Under the pieces are notes generated by a model that made no database searches, was not told where the DNA came from, and saw nothing but the letters and a program-made list of their open reading frames with translations. The position numbers and the translations under genes were made by a program. 64,000 bases of DNA from Octopus sinensis (lineage: Eukaryota): the NCBI RefSeq assembly GCF_006345805.1, contig NC_042997.1, positions 209,746,001-209,810,000 on the forward strand. Direction: 5' to 3'. Below, piece after piece: positions 39,901-53,400 of this stretch (position 1 is the stretch's first letter; every line of letters begins with the position of its first letter).

Positions 39901-42900
39901 TTTGAACCATGATGGTAGCTGGGTTATTATTATCATCATCATTGCCTTTGCACAGCTTCTAACGCTGGAGATGTACTACGGTTCACTACCAGTGAACTAA
40001 GGTAACACCTCTCTATTTTTCGAGCAGTTCCAGTTCTAAGCAGTGCTGTTTTCTGCAAGTGTTCCACCCTTATTGCAGCCCCTATTTGTTCCACATACTT
40101 CTCGAGATTTTTACTCACTGTTCCCAGGGCTCCAACAATTATTGGTACTACTGCTACCTTTTTCATTGACCACAACCGCTTAACTTCCCAAGCTAACATG
40201 TCATATCTCTCGACTTTTCTTTCTTCCTTATCGCATACCTTATTGTCAGCTGGGCATGCTATATCTATGATCCAGCATAGTTTGTTTTCTTTCTCAATTA
40301 AGACTATGTCTGGCTTCCTATTCTCTATCTCATGGTCGCATTGAATCATAAAATCCCATAGGATCTTTGCATTTCTATTTTCGATGATGCCTTCAGGTCT
40401 ATGTTCTTACCACTTTTTTGCTCTGTCAAGTCCATACTTGTTGCAAAATGTCCAATGGACAAGCCTGGCTATATTGTCGTGACGTCTCTTATATTTCTTC
40501 TGGGCTAGTGGCGTACATTGGCTGGTAATATGCCATATGGTTTCACCATTTTGTCCACAGATTCTGCACTTATTATTATTTTTATTACTACTAGCAGTAT
40601 CGCCCGGCGTTGCTTGGGTTTGTTTCGACCCTTTAGAATTGGAATTTTTGAAAAGTAAAACTTTTGCATTATATAGCTTGTTATTCTCTTTAAGTGAACA
40701 TTTTTCTGGTTGAAATACACCGAAAAATGGCGACACAGCAGTCAAAAAATCGTAAAAAACAGGGATTTTCATAGGAAAAAAAAAAGCACCTTTTTGATGT
40801 AAATAATTTTTGGTGTTAACATGGTCCGATTTGAATTTTTTCTTCAACTTGCGCCGCAGGGTCTCTGAGGAGATAGTGTTAGTTGAAGGCTACCAAACCT
40901 GCCATACACAGACAACTTCAGCTTTATATAGAGAGAGATTGTGAGCTGGCAGATTACTGGTGCATTGGACAAAATGTTCAGAGCTGTTTTTCCTGACTCT
41001 GAGTTTAGATCCTGCCAAGGTCAACTTGGCCCTTCATCTCCCTGGGGTTGATAAAATAAAATACCAGACAGGTACTGGGGTCAGTGGTATTGACCCTAAC
41101 CATCCTCCCCTCAAAATTGCTGTCCTTGTGCTTAAATTAGAAATCATTATTATTATTATTATTATTAATTTTATTTAAAATGGTGAGCTGGCAGAACCTC
41201 GTTAGAGCAATGGAAGGAATGCTTTGTGGGTTTTTGTCCTGGTTCTTTACATTCTGAGTTCAAATCCTTGCAAGGTCAACGTGGCCTTTCATCCCTCTGG
41301 GGCTGATAAAACAAAGAACCAGCCAAGCACTGGAGTCACTGTAATCAAGCAGACTTTCTCCCCTCGAATTTCTAGTCTTGAGGGGAGGGCAATGCAGGAT
41401 TGGTAATGTATATGTTTAATGACAGTGATGTCATGTTGTTTTTAATGATGATGATGATGATGATGTTAAGTTTGGTGATAACAGTGCAATGTTTGATGAC
41501 AGCTGTAATAAATGATGATGAATTGTGTCTGTGTATGATGGCAACTCCTGTACAATGACAACTGTGTCATATTTGATGACAACATCCTGCGTATATCTTA
41601 TTATTGAATCAACCAGTTTTTTTCCTAATGTCTTCATCCCGCATTTTGCAGAGACTTATCAAAACCCATTGCTGTGCAAGACAAATCTAGGGAAAAGAAA
41701 TACATTGAAAATTATCAGGTAAATAGCTTTTGTTTTCACATTTATATGTTTGTTTTACAAGATTCTTAGTTCTATATTTAAGAGATGAGGAATTATGTAC
41801 ATTTGCCAGATATTTGTCCTCATCTTGTTTGTTGTTAATTTTGAACGTGGGTTCTCATTCCTAAGGTATTTTTTGATGTTATCATCATCATCATCATAAT
41901 TATTATTTAGGTCACGGCTTGGAATCTTGGAGTTAGTAGCCCATGCTCTTAACCACTACGCCTGTGGACCCACAGGCATATGGCGTAGTGGTTAAGAGCG
42001 TGAGCAACTGACTCCAAGATTCCAAGTTTGATTCCTGGCAGTGACTTGAATAATAATAATAATAATAATAATAATTATAATAATAATAATAACATCACAA
42101 AATAGCTTAGGAATGAGAATCCAGGTTCAAAATATCCCCAGGACACCTGATGAAGGCTGGAGGGTATATCAGCTGAAATGTTGTGTTAACAACAAACAAG
42201 ATGAGGACAAATATCCGTCAAAAGTAAATAACGTAAGATTCTTGAGGTGAAATCTTGTGTTGAAATGGATTTTGTTGTATTTAGGGATGGTCATCTTTTG
42301 TCAGTTAAACACAAATTAACTTGATTTTCACTATATTATTATTATTGAGTGAGAGAGCAGTGCATGCCATCAAAGTGACACAGGGGTAAAATATACCAAG
42401 CCCAGTATACCCATCATGACTACCCGTCTGATAAGGGTGCACTAGGCACATGCATTACAATCATATGTGCGCAACACAATGATCTCATATCAAGATAAAC
42501 AGCACATGACCTTGCAGGTGGGGCCCAGTTAGAATTTTCTTCTGGTTGAGTAGCCCATCCTGCTCAAAAGGTCCCTGAATAAGGATTGTTTAAGGATGTT
42601 GAACGAACCACCCATGTTTCCAAAGGTGAATTATCCAAACCTCTGAGAATTCCTTTCAACACATGGCTATGATGCTCCCCCACTAATTATTATATATGCT
42701 AAAGTGTGATCGCAGCTATGCATGTCTGGCCCTGTTAAGAATACCCCTGATGCATCGGGCAATATGATATGCTTGAGAAGACCTGTTGTGTCAAGTAAAA
42801 CCCAAATCGTAGCTGTGGCCAGTGCCCCCTTAACTGGCTCCTGTTCCGGTGACATGTAAAATGCATCATCCAAATGTAGTTGATGCCAGTGTCGCCTGAC

Positions 42901-45862
42901 TGGCTCCCATGCTGGTGGCATGTAAAAAGCACCAACTGAACATGGCCGATGCCAGTACCCCCAGACTGACTCCCGTGCCAGTGGCACATAAAAAGCACCC
43001 ACTACACTCTCGGAGTAGTTGGCACAGGGAAGGGCATCTAGCTGTAAAAATCTTGCCAGATCAGACTGGAGCCTGGTACAGCCTTCCGGCTCTCCAGACC
43101 TCAGTCAAACCCTCCAACCCATGCCAGCATAGAAAACAGACAGAGTAAATTCTTACTCTTCTTCCAAAGCTATCAAAAACACCAAACGTTCTCCTCTTAA
43201 TTATTCTACTTTGTGAATTTCTTATTTTTACCCAACACAGACCAGCACTGATTTCTTTGGATTTTACCAATTCCACTTTACAATTCTATGTTTCAGTACT
43301 TAAAGCAAGAATATGAGAAATTCCTGTCAAAGAATGACGAGACTTTCTACCGTGTGGCACCATACCATTATGGTAGCCATTACTCAAACAGTGGAACTGT
43401 TCTGCATTTTTTAGTTCGCTTGCCGCCTTTTACCAAAATGTTCCTCAACTTCCAAGGTAAGTCTTTGCTCCATCCCAAACGATTTCTTCAGAAGTCTGTG
43501 ACTTATTCTGGTCTTTGTTTCACAATAAGTTAAACTCGTTAACTTTGGACTGGAAGAGTTTATTTACATATTCCTGGAGAAGGGATTATCATCACCACCA
43601 CCGTCATCATCATCACCACCACCGTCATCATCACCACCACCACCATCATCATCATCATCACCACCATCATCATCACCACCACCACCACTACTACCATGAT
43701 CATTTGTTGAAATCGTTTGACAGGATCTTGCAAGGACAGGAGCTGTATTAAGGCCCCGTTTATTTTGGCATGGTTTCTGTGACTGGATGCCCTTCCTAAT
43801 GCCAACCACTTTACAGAGTGTACTGGGTACTTTTCATGTGGCACCAGCACTGACAGGGTCACCAAGCAACTTGCAAGACAAACCCCACTCAATTTAAAAG
43901 GGGGAGAACAGTATTAAGGGGAGTAGTTTTGTGCCAGTTGAGAGATTTAAGGGACAGAGGGGACAGATATAGGGGTCTTGGTGTAGAATAGAAACAGGGA
44001 TTCCCCACTTGGAAAAGAAAGGATTGTGAATAGGAGAGTCAGAACCACTACGCCATATGCCCACGGGCATATGGCATAGTGGTTAAGAGCGTGGGCTACT
44101 AACTCCAAGACTCCGAGTTCGATTCCAGGCAGTGACCTGAATCATCATCATCATCATCATCGTCGTTTAATGTCCGCTTTCCATGCTGGCATGGGTTGGA
44201 CAGTTTGACTGAGGATTGGTGAGCCAGAAGGCTGCACCAGGCTCCAATCTGATCTGGCAAAGTTTCTACAGCTGGATGGATGCCCTTCCTAACGCCAACC
44301 ACTCTGAGAGTGTAGTAGGTGCTTTTAGGTACCACTGGCACATGTGCTGGTAGGGTGACTCTGGCAATGATCACACTCGAATGGTGCTTTTTACATGCCA
44401 CAAGCATGGGAGCCAATCTGTGGCCCTGGCAACGACCAGGCTCAAATGTTGTTTTTCTTGTGCCACTGACACATGTACCGGTAAGGCGAGGCTGACAACG
44501 ATCATGCTTGAATTGCCCTTTTAATGTGCTAATAATAATAATCATAACAATAACATCACAAAATAGCTTAGGAATAAGAACCCAGGTTTGAAATTTCCCC
44601 AGGACACCTGATGAAGGCTGGAGAGTACATCAGCCGAAACGTTGTGTTAACAACAAAGTAGATGGGGACAAATATCCATCAAATGTAAATAAAGTAAGAA
44701 CTCTGTTTAATTAATATTATATAAAATATATGGAGTAATTATTGATTAACAATATATTGTTGATGAATGGATGCTGTTGTTTAGCCCTTGGTCAACCGTG
44801 ATCAAGTTGAACTTATGATCAAAGGTATTCCAACCATGACAACCCAGTTTTGTTTTGTGATGTCTAAGAGTACATTGTCCAAGGTGCGATTTTGTTTTAA
44901 ATGTTGAGATTTAGCTGCTATTTTTAGCCAGTTGAGTGACCAAAAAAAATTCTCCCAACTCCACTTTAGAGTGAATGAATATTTTGGGTGAATTGTGGGA
45001 AGGTTTTGAAGTTAATTCTGAGCTAATCCATACTTAATCACTTAATAGCTTTTAGTTTACAAACTTGTAAATCAAATCATTGACTAATGACTGATTGTAT
45101 CCGTGTAAGATTGATCAAAGAATGTTTATTAATGCCATAACTTTATCTCCTTTACAGATAACCATTTTGATCTGCCTGACCGAACATTTCACAACATGGC
45201 CGTTACGTGGAAACTATCCAGTTATCAGTCAATAAGTGATGTGAAAGAACTCATTCCTGAGTTTTTCTTCCAACCAGAGATGTTTCTAAACTCAGAAGGT
45301 AGGAAATGTCTGAACAATTGGTCAGTGATATTTTTTTTTCAGTCAGAAATAATTTGAAGAAGGTATGATTGCTATTTCTAGCAGGTCAAGAAACCGTGTA
45401 AAACAGATGTTCTCAAACATTTTTTTGCCTATGGAATCTTTTGCTCCCTATTTTGCCCAGGTGGACCCTCTGTACCTATTTATCATCATCATCATTTAAC
45501 GTCCGCTTTCCATGCTGGCATGGGTTGGATGATTTGACTGAGGGCTGGCGAACCAGATGGCTGCACCATGCTCCAATTTTGATCTGGCAGAGTTTCTTAC
45601 AGCTGGATGCCCTTCCTAATGCCAACCACTCCATGAGTGTACTGGGTGCATTTTACGTGCCGCCGGCACAGGTGCCAGGCGAGGCTGGCAATGGCCACGA
45701 ATGGTTGGTGTTGGCATCAGCCACGTTCAGGTGGTGCTTTTTACGTGCCACCGGCACAGGGATCACAACTACAATTTCCATTGATTTTGATGTTGATGTA
45801 CTTGACTCAATAGGTCTCCTCAAGCACAGGGTCGAAACGGTGTTTCTGTATGTATGTATGCA

Positions 45863-45902
<40 letters not shown>

Positions 45903-48900
45903 TGCATATACATACGTTCCAGTATGTTCCTACTGGTGATTGGAAAGTGTTTTTAACAACTCAAACCATGAAATCTATAGATTTGTGTTTTAAAAAATCC
46001 TATCATATTTTCATAATTAAATATTATTAGGAATTGTGTAGAGGTAGACCCAGGAAGACATGGGATGAGGTGGTGAAGCATGATGCATAATCTTCAAACT
46101 TTGGGCCTCACAGAGGCAATGACTGGTGACCGAGACCCTTGGCGATATGCAGTGCTTGGGAAGCCCTGTCAAGCCAAGGGAAATCATAGTCATGGCTGAT
46201 GCTGGTATCATGTAACTGGCATGTAAAAAGCCCCTTTTGTGTGTTGGACCTCACAGAAGCAAAGTGGCCGATGCCGGTGGTACGTGAAAAGGTCCTTTCA
46301 AGTGTTGGGCCTCACGGAGACTGACAAATGACTGAGACTTTGGCATTATGTCATGCTTGAGAAGAAGATCCATCAAGCCAAGTGAAATCACAGTCGTGGC
46401 AGATATTGGTGTCATGCAAATGGCACCTGTGCCAGTGGCATGTAAAAGCACCCATTACAGTCTCGGAGTGGTTGGCATTAGGAAGGGCATCCAGCTATGG
46501 AAAACCATGCCGAGTCAGACTGGAGTTTGGTGCAGCTTTCCAGCTTTGGTCAAACAGTCCAACCCATGCCAGCATGGACAACAGAGATGTTAGATGATAA
46601 TGATGAAGTCTGCAAAAAAAAATTTTAATATTTTGTATATTGTAGAAGTACAACCAATTTTAACACACATAAATTTTAACAAAATCTCACAAGGACCCTC
46701 AAGGGTCGTGTGAACCCCAGTTGAAGACCACTGAGATATTCAGCAACAGTACTTTGGAGTAAAGATTGTTTGCCAACATAACATGGCAGTTCTGGTTTAG
46801 GACGAATGTTGCTGTAATACTATTAAATTGTTTGAAAATCTTTCATCAACTACAAAGGTCTCCAGAAGTTGCATCTAACTCCATTCTCAGCTGTGTTGAG
46901 TTAAAACGATATCACATCTGGGATAGGTTCCTCATCCTTTCAAAGCTAACTCCTCTCATATGATTTCATACTTGTCCTACTCTACACTAATTAGTGAACA
47001 AAACCAAATTGAATTAACACCCACCCTCCCCCACGTTGATATGTTGTGTAATTACTGCTGTGTGTTGTTTTAATTGTATTTGGTTTGTGTTAGAAGTTTA
47101 ATTTTTGGCCTCGAATTTCTTGTTAATAGGATTTGATTTTGGAACGAAACAAACTGGTGACCTTGTGTGGGACGTCCAGCTTCCAAGTTGGTGCCAGGGC
47201 AACGCACGTTTGTTTGTTTTGATTCATCGACAAGCCTTAGAATCTCCGTATGTCTCAGAAAATATCCATCGGTGGATTAACTTGGTCTATGGTTACAAAC
47301 AACAAGGGGATTCCGCTGTCCAGGCCATTAATGTCTTTCACCCAGCTGTGAGTATACCGTTTGGTATTTCTTGACCATTCCACTGCCCATACCATCTTCC
47401 ACATTCTCTACTCTCCACCCTTAGTTTTCTGTCTGTCCACCTCTGTCCCCAATCGTCTCCCTATTCTCATGTTGTTTACTTTTTTCCCTTCTTCAACAGA
47501 CATATTTTGGTGTTGATGTGGACAGCGAGAAGGACCCGGTCCACCGACAAGCCTTGATAACCATGATCAAAACGTATGGTCAGACCCCGAAACAACTGCT
47601 ACGGACGCCACACCCTCAACTCCCTCCCTATCTTCTCACACAGATATTTCCTAGTTTAGCAAATATTGGCAAACCCACAACAACGGTAAGTTCTTTGGTT
47701 CCTTGTTTGCTTTTGTTGTTGTGTGACAGCAAGAGATGACTGTATATGACACGGTGTGCATGAGGATTAAGGTACCAAATTGCTGGTTCTGTAGTTTTAA
47801 CCCTTTAGCATTTAAACTGACCATATCTGGCCAAAGCAATCTGCCTTGTTTTATGATCTAACCAGCCAGATCCATCCTGTCACACCTGCCCTACAATGTC
47901 ATTCTAAAAATAAACAATTGCATCATTGAAATCTCAAAACAATGAGATAATCTTTTTTACTCTAAGTATAAGGCCCAAAATTTTAGGGGAGGGGGACAGT
48001 CGATTAGATTGACCCCAGTACGCAACTGGTACTTAATTTATCAACCCCGAAAAGATGAAAGCAAAGTCAACCTCGGTGGAATTTGAACTCAGAACATAAA
48101 GACAGACTAAATACCTATTTCTTTACTACCCACAAAGGGCTAAACACAGAGATGACAAACGGATTAAGTGGATTACATCGACTTCAGTGTGTAACTGGTA
48201 CTTAATTTATCGACCTCGAAAGGATGAAAGGCAAAGTCGACCTCGGTGGAATTTGAACTCACAACGTAACGCAGACGAAATACCGCTAAGCATTTCGCCT
48301 GGCGTGCTAACGTTTCTGCCAGCTCGCCGCCTTAAAGCTATGAGATAATGCATGATTAATTCAAGACAAAGTGATTAAGTATTACATTTGACAGATTAAT
48401 CTGAATGCTGAACAGTCAAGTTCAAATCTTGCTTTGGTTGTTGAAATCATTAAGCAGGCCACATAACAATTGTGTCAGTTTGCCTGGCTGACAACAGGTT
48501 CCACTTCTTATTGCCATCAATCACAGACTAACATTGTAACATGATGCTGTTCATATTCAGCCGGGGGAAATATTGTCCTACTTGGAAACAGGTGAAGGTT
48601 AGCGACAGGAAAGGCATCCTACCATAGAATATCTGCTTCAATGAATTCCATCTGACCCATGCAAACACAGAGAACATCATCATCATCATCATGTAATGTT
48701 CGTTTTCCATGCTGGCATGGGTTGGACGGTTTGACGGGTTCTGATAAGGTCAGGAGCCACATCAGGTTCCATTGTTTGTGTTGGTTTCTACAGCTGGATG
48801 CCTGTCTTAACACCAACCACTTTACAGAATCGGCATGACAAAATAGCACAAATGATGGTAATGTGTATATGTCAAGTGTGTGTATATATGTTTGCATGTA

Positions 48901-48908
48901 TAGTAAGT

Positions 48909-48963
<55 letters not shown>

Positions 48964-49575
48964 AATTAGGGTATCTACGAGATACCACCATGCTGAAAAT
49001 AGCAGCCATGATCTGACTCTAAAACCACCTTATATTGTGCTTATATATATATATGTATTTATGTTTCTCTTCTGTGTGTATTCCACTGACGAGGCAAAGC
49101 ATTCCTAAATGCAAAGTCAGAAATCCAGGATCTAGGATTATCCAGTAATTTTTTACTAGTTTCATCTTGTCTCTTTGTTTTCTCTCCGTGTTGATATATG
49201 GACAATTAAGGTGGTTTTAAAGTCAGATCATGGCTGCTATTTTCAGCATGGTGGTATCTCGTAGATATCCTAATTTATAATTTTAATTATTATTACCTTT
49301 GAAGGCTATTTTTTCCATGCTGACCACTTGTTAAAATCATTATATTATTTTTAAATTAACGATCTTATCTTTATTTATATATATGTGTGTGTACCATTGG
49401 CGATTTTTTTTCCTCCGTCTTCCATTCTTTGGATCTTTCCTTTTCCTATGTTTCTGACGAAGAGCTCCGCTCAAAACGTTAAACCCTCCTTCTTTCCTGA
49501 GCATCCAATAACACTATACTTGTTCCACGTCCTCGCGTTGTTGTGTTTTCTCTTTGTTTTCAGGTTTGGATTAAC

Positions 49576-49621
<46 letters not shown>

Positions 49622-50404
49622 ATCCAAACCTGAAAGCACAAAAAAGAAATACAACAACGCGAGGATGTGGAACAAGTATAGTATTATTGGACGCTTAGGA
49701 AAGAAGGAGGGTTTAACGTTTTGAGCAGAGCTCTTCGTCAGAAACATAGGAAAAGGAAAGATCCAAAGAATGGAAGACAGAGGAAAAAAAATCGCCAACG
49801 GTACACACGAGGTCACATTTTGAGTGATTGCGTGTGTCACATTTTATACACACACATATATATATATATACATATATGTGTGTGTGTGTGTAAAAGCTAT
49901 GTAATATTTCTGTGTCGTCTCTGTTGCAGATCTCCAGTTTAAGTTGTGTTAAAGGCTTAAACTGGGGGGACTATGTCGGTTCCCCAGACTGCCCCCCTCC
50001 TGCTGTGATACACCGAAAAGAGACTAGATCTGTTGCTGCTGTTAAACTTATCGCCCTCCAGACGGGAGAGGTGTTTGGAATCCGAAACGAAAGTTGTCTT
50101 CTAACCATGTGTAGCAAAGACCGAGGTAATTAATGGGTTTTTAAAAATTATTTTTATGTTTCAGTTATTGGACTGTGGCCATGCTGGGGCACCAACTTAA
50201 AGGATTTAGTCGAACAAATTGATACTAGTATTTACTTTTTTTTTAAAATCATTGTTTAACGTCCGTTTTCCGTGCTAGCATGGGTTGGACGGTTCGACCG
50301 GGGTCTCTGGTACTTATTTTATTGATGTCTTTCACCAAACTGCTAAGTTATGGGGACACAAACAAATGCACACCAATTGTTGTGTGTTTATGGGGGACAA
50401 AGTC

Positions 50405-50435
<31 letters not shown>

Positions 50436-53400
50436 TGGTTTGGGGGTTTGGTTTGCAAGATTCTTTATATGAGTTTGTGTGTTGAAGCATACTTTGTTGT
50501 GTCTGGGGAGAGTCGTTCTCTTTTAGCCCCTTATTATTTAACACACACACTGTTTCAGTTTCCACTCATTCACTTGTTTTTTCTAAAATTTTCATTGCAT
50601 CTTACAACCTTTTCAATAATCATTGCATCTGTTCATTATCCGAGCTGCGTTCTGTTTGTTTGTTTGTTTGTGCACATACACATGTAGGTAGGTGTGTGTA
50701 TGCATGTATGTCTATGTATACATGTATGTATGTGTGTACGTTTGTATGTATGTATTCTGCATATTCATGTTTGTGTGTTTTTATGTGTATGTATTTGCAT
50801 GTGTGTGTGTGGTGGGGGGGGGCAATACATACAGAGGCAATCAAAAAATGCTATGAGATAGCATTTTTTGACTGCCTTGATAACTGATGAGATGCCAAAG
50901 CAGATTTCCGCCCCGACATCTGAAACTCGGAGTCTTGTTATGGCAACCGAATAATAGTCACATATTATATTTACAGATAAATTCCTCTATTTACATAATA
51001 TCGAGGTCTCTTTCATTCTTTTGTTGTCTTACCACAAGTCAGTAGTGGGTGTGCTGAAAGTGTAACGGCTAGAGTAAGAATAGCCTGGGCAAAGTTTAGG
51101 GAGCTCTTACCTCTGTTGGTGATTAAAGGCCTCTCGCTCAGAGTAAAAGGCAGACTGTATGATGCATGTGTACGAACAGCCATGCTACATGGCAGTGAAA
51201 CATGGGCCGTGACTGCTGAGGACATGCGTAAGCTCGCGAGAAATGAAGCCAGTATGCTCCGATGGATGTGTAATGTCAGTGTGCATGCTTGACAGAGTGT
51301 TAGTACCCTGAGAGAAATGTTGGACCTAAGGAGCATCAGTTGTGGTGTGCAAGAGAGACGATTGCGCTGGTATGGTCATGTGGCGAGAATGGATGAAGAT
51401 AGGTGTGTGAAAAAGTGCCAATCCCTAACAGTGGAGGGAACCCGTGGAAGAGGTAGACCCAGGAAAACCTGGGACGAGGTGGTGAAGCACGACCTTCGAA
51501 CTTTAGGCCTCACTGAGGAAATGACCAGCGACCGAGACCTTTGGAAATATGCTGTACGTGAGAAGACCAGGCAGGACAAGTGAGCCCAGCCCACTTATGA
51601 ATGCCTTCCTCCCTTGGACACAAAGACCTGTTGAGGCAAGCGAAGTCGATATAGAACCTCATCCGACGACAGGCACCCATGCCAACCCCCTTTGCTTGCG
51701 AAGACATGTTGGGGCAAGCGAAATCGAAATCGAACTGAACCAGTCAGGATCCCTGGTCTGGTGGTACGTAAAAAGCACTATCCGACTCGTGGCCGATGCC
51801 AGCACCGCCTCCACTGGCTTCCGTGCCGGTGGCACATACAATACACCAATCCGACCGTGGCCGTTGCCAGCCTCGCCTGGCACCTGTGCAGGTGGCACGT
51901 AAAAAGCACCCACTACACTCATGGAGTGGTTGGCGTTAGGAAGAGCATCCAGCTGTAGAAACATTGCCAGATAAGACTGGAGCCTGGTGCAGCCTTCTGG
52001 CTTCCCAGATCCCCGGTCGAACCGTCCAACCCATGCTAGCATGGAGAACGGACGTTAAACGATGATGATGATATATATATAAATAAAAATTTCACACAAT
52101 TTCTGTCTACCAAATCCACTCACAAGGTTTTAGTCTGTAGTAGAAAACACTTGCCCAGGGTGCCATGCAGTGGAACTGAACCCAGAACCATGTGATTGGG
52201 AAAATAACACAGTAACATGCCTCAAACTATATTGAGCATAAACATGTCTGAATTTGGAAGTAGGATATATTAGACAAGTGTGTTACATGGTTATTGTAAT
52301 ACCCATGTGGTGGTTGTTACACTTTGATTTACCATCTTTGAAGATTTCAAACTTTGTCACTAAGCTTTCCAATGGTGGAAACCACCAATTAAACAGGTAT
52401 CAATAATTATTTCAACTTGCTCACTCTCGGAGTGGTTGGCATTAAGAAGGGCATCCAGCTGTAGAAACCTTGCCAGATCAGATTGGAGCCTGGTGCAACA
52501 CCCTGGTTTGCCAGCCCTCAGTCAAACCGTCCAACCCATGCCATGACGATGATGAATCCAGACCATAGGTTCTCAAATTGGGTGCTACCGCTCCTCGGGG
52601 GGGGGGGGTGAAAGAAGCCTGTTGTATATGTATATGTGTGTGTATATGGTTGTGTCTGTGTTTGTGCCCCCAACATCACTTGACAACCAATGTGGTGTGT
52701 TTACATCCCCATAACTTAGAGGTTCGGCAAAAGAGACCAATAGAATAAGTACTAGGCTTACAAGGAATAAGTTCTGGGGTAGATTTGCTTGACTAAAGAC
52801 GGTGCTCCAGCATGGCCACAGTCAAATGACTGAAACAAATTATGTTCCAAACGTCAGTTTAATTAGTTTGATAAAAACAGTTTTTCTTATTTTTTTTTAT
52901 GGAACTCTTTATTATTTTCAAAATGAAACAAAAGGGTTCATCCCACACCAAAACATTGTCTGCGTAGTCTTTTACTTTGTCAGATCTCACCATTAACGAT
53001 GCCTTCTCTGATATTCTATTTAGAAATCAAACCAACAACCAACTACATTCTTCTCTCTCTCTCGTTACAGGTGTTATTGGTATAAATACCACTGATGTGA
53101 TATGGGCTGCTATACTTAGTTGGAAACATCCGGATGGTATTCTTCGTATTACAAACAATCCCGACAGAAGTCCTGTCAACTTCCTTCAAGTCAGTCCTTA
53201 TGATCAGGTCAGCTCAACACTCTCTCCCTAATTAACAATCTATCATCTTCATCATTGCATTCTTTTCTGTTGATTGTATTAATGGTGCCCCGTATCGTTT
53301 TCCTTGTCTACCACTGGCCCCCTTCTATCAATGGTGCTACTACAATTGCTAATGGTTTCTACCACTGACCCCTTCCATTTATAGTATCTATCGCTCACCC

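Noticed and set aside
45404-46733. hAT-like MITE spanning nested insertions
   Set aside because: TIR-like ends are present but no 8-bp TSD could be confirmed, because a family C fragment abuts the right end.
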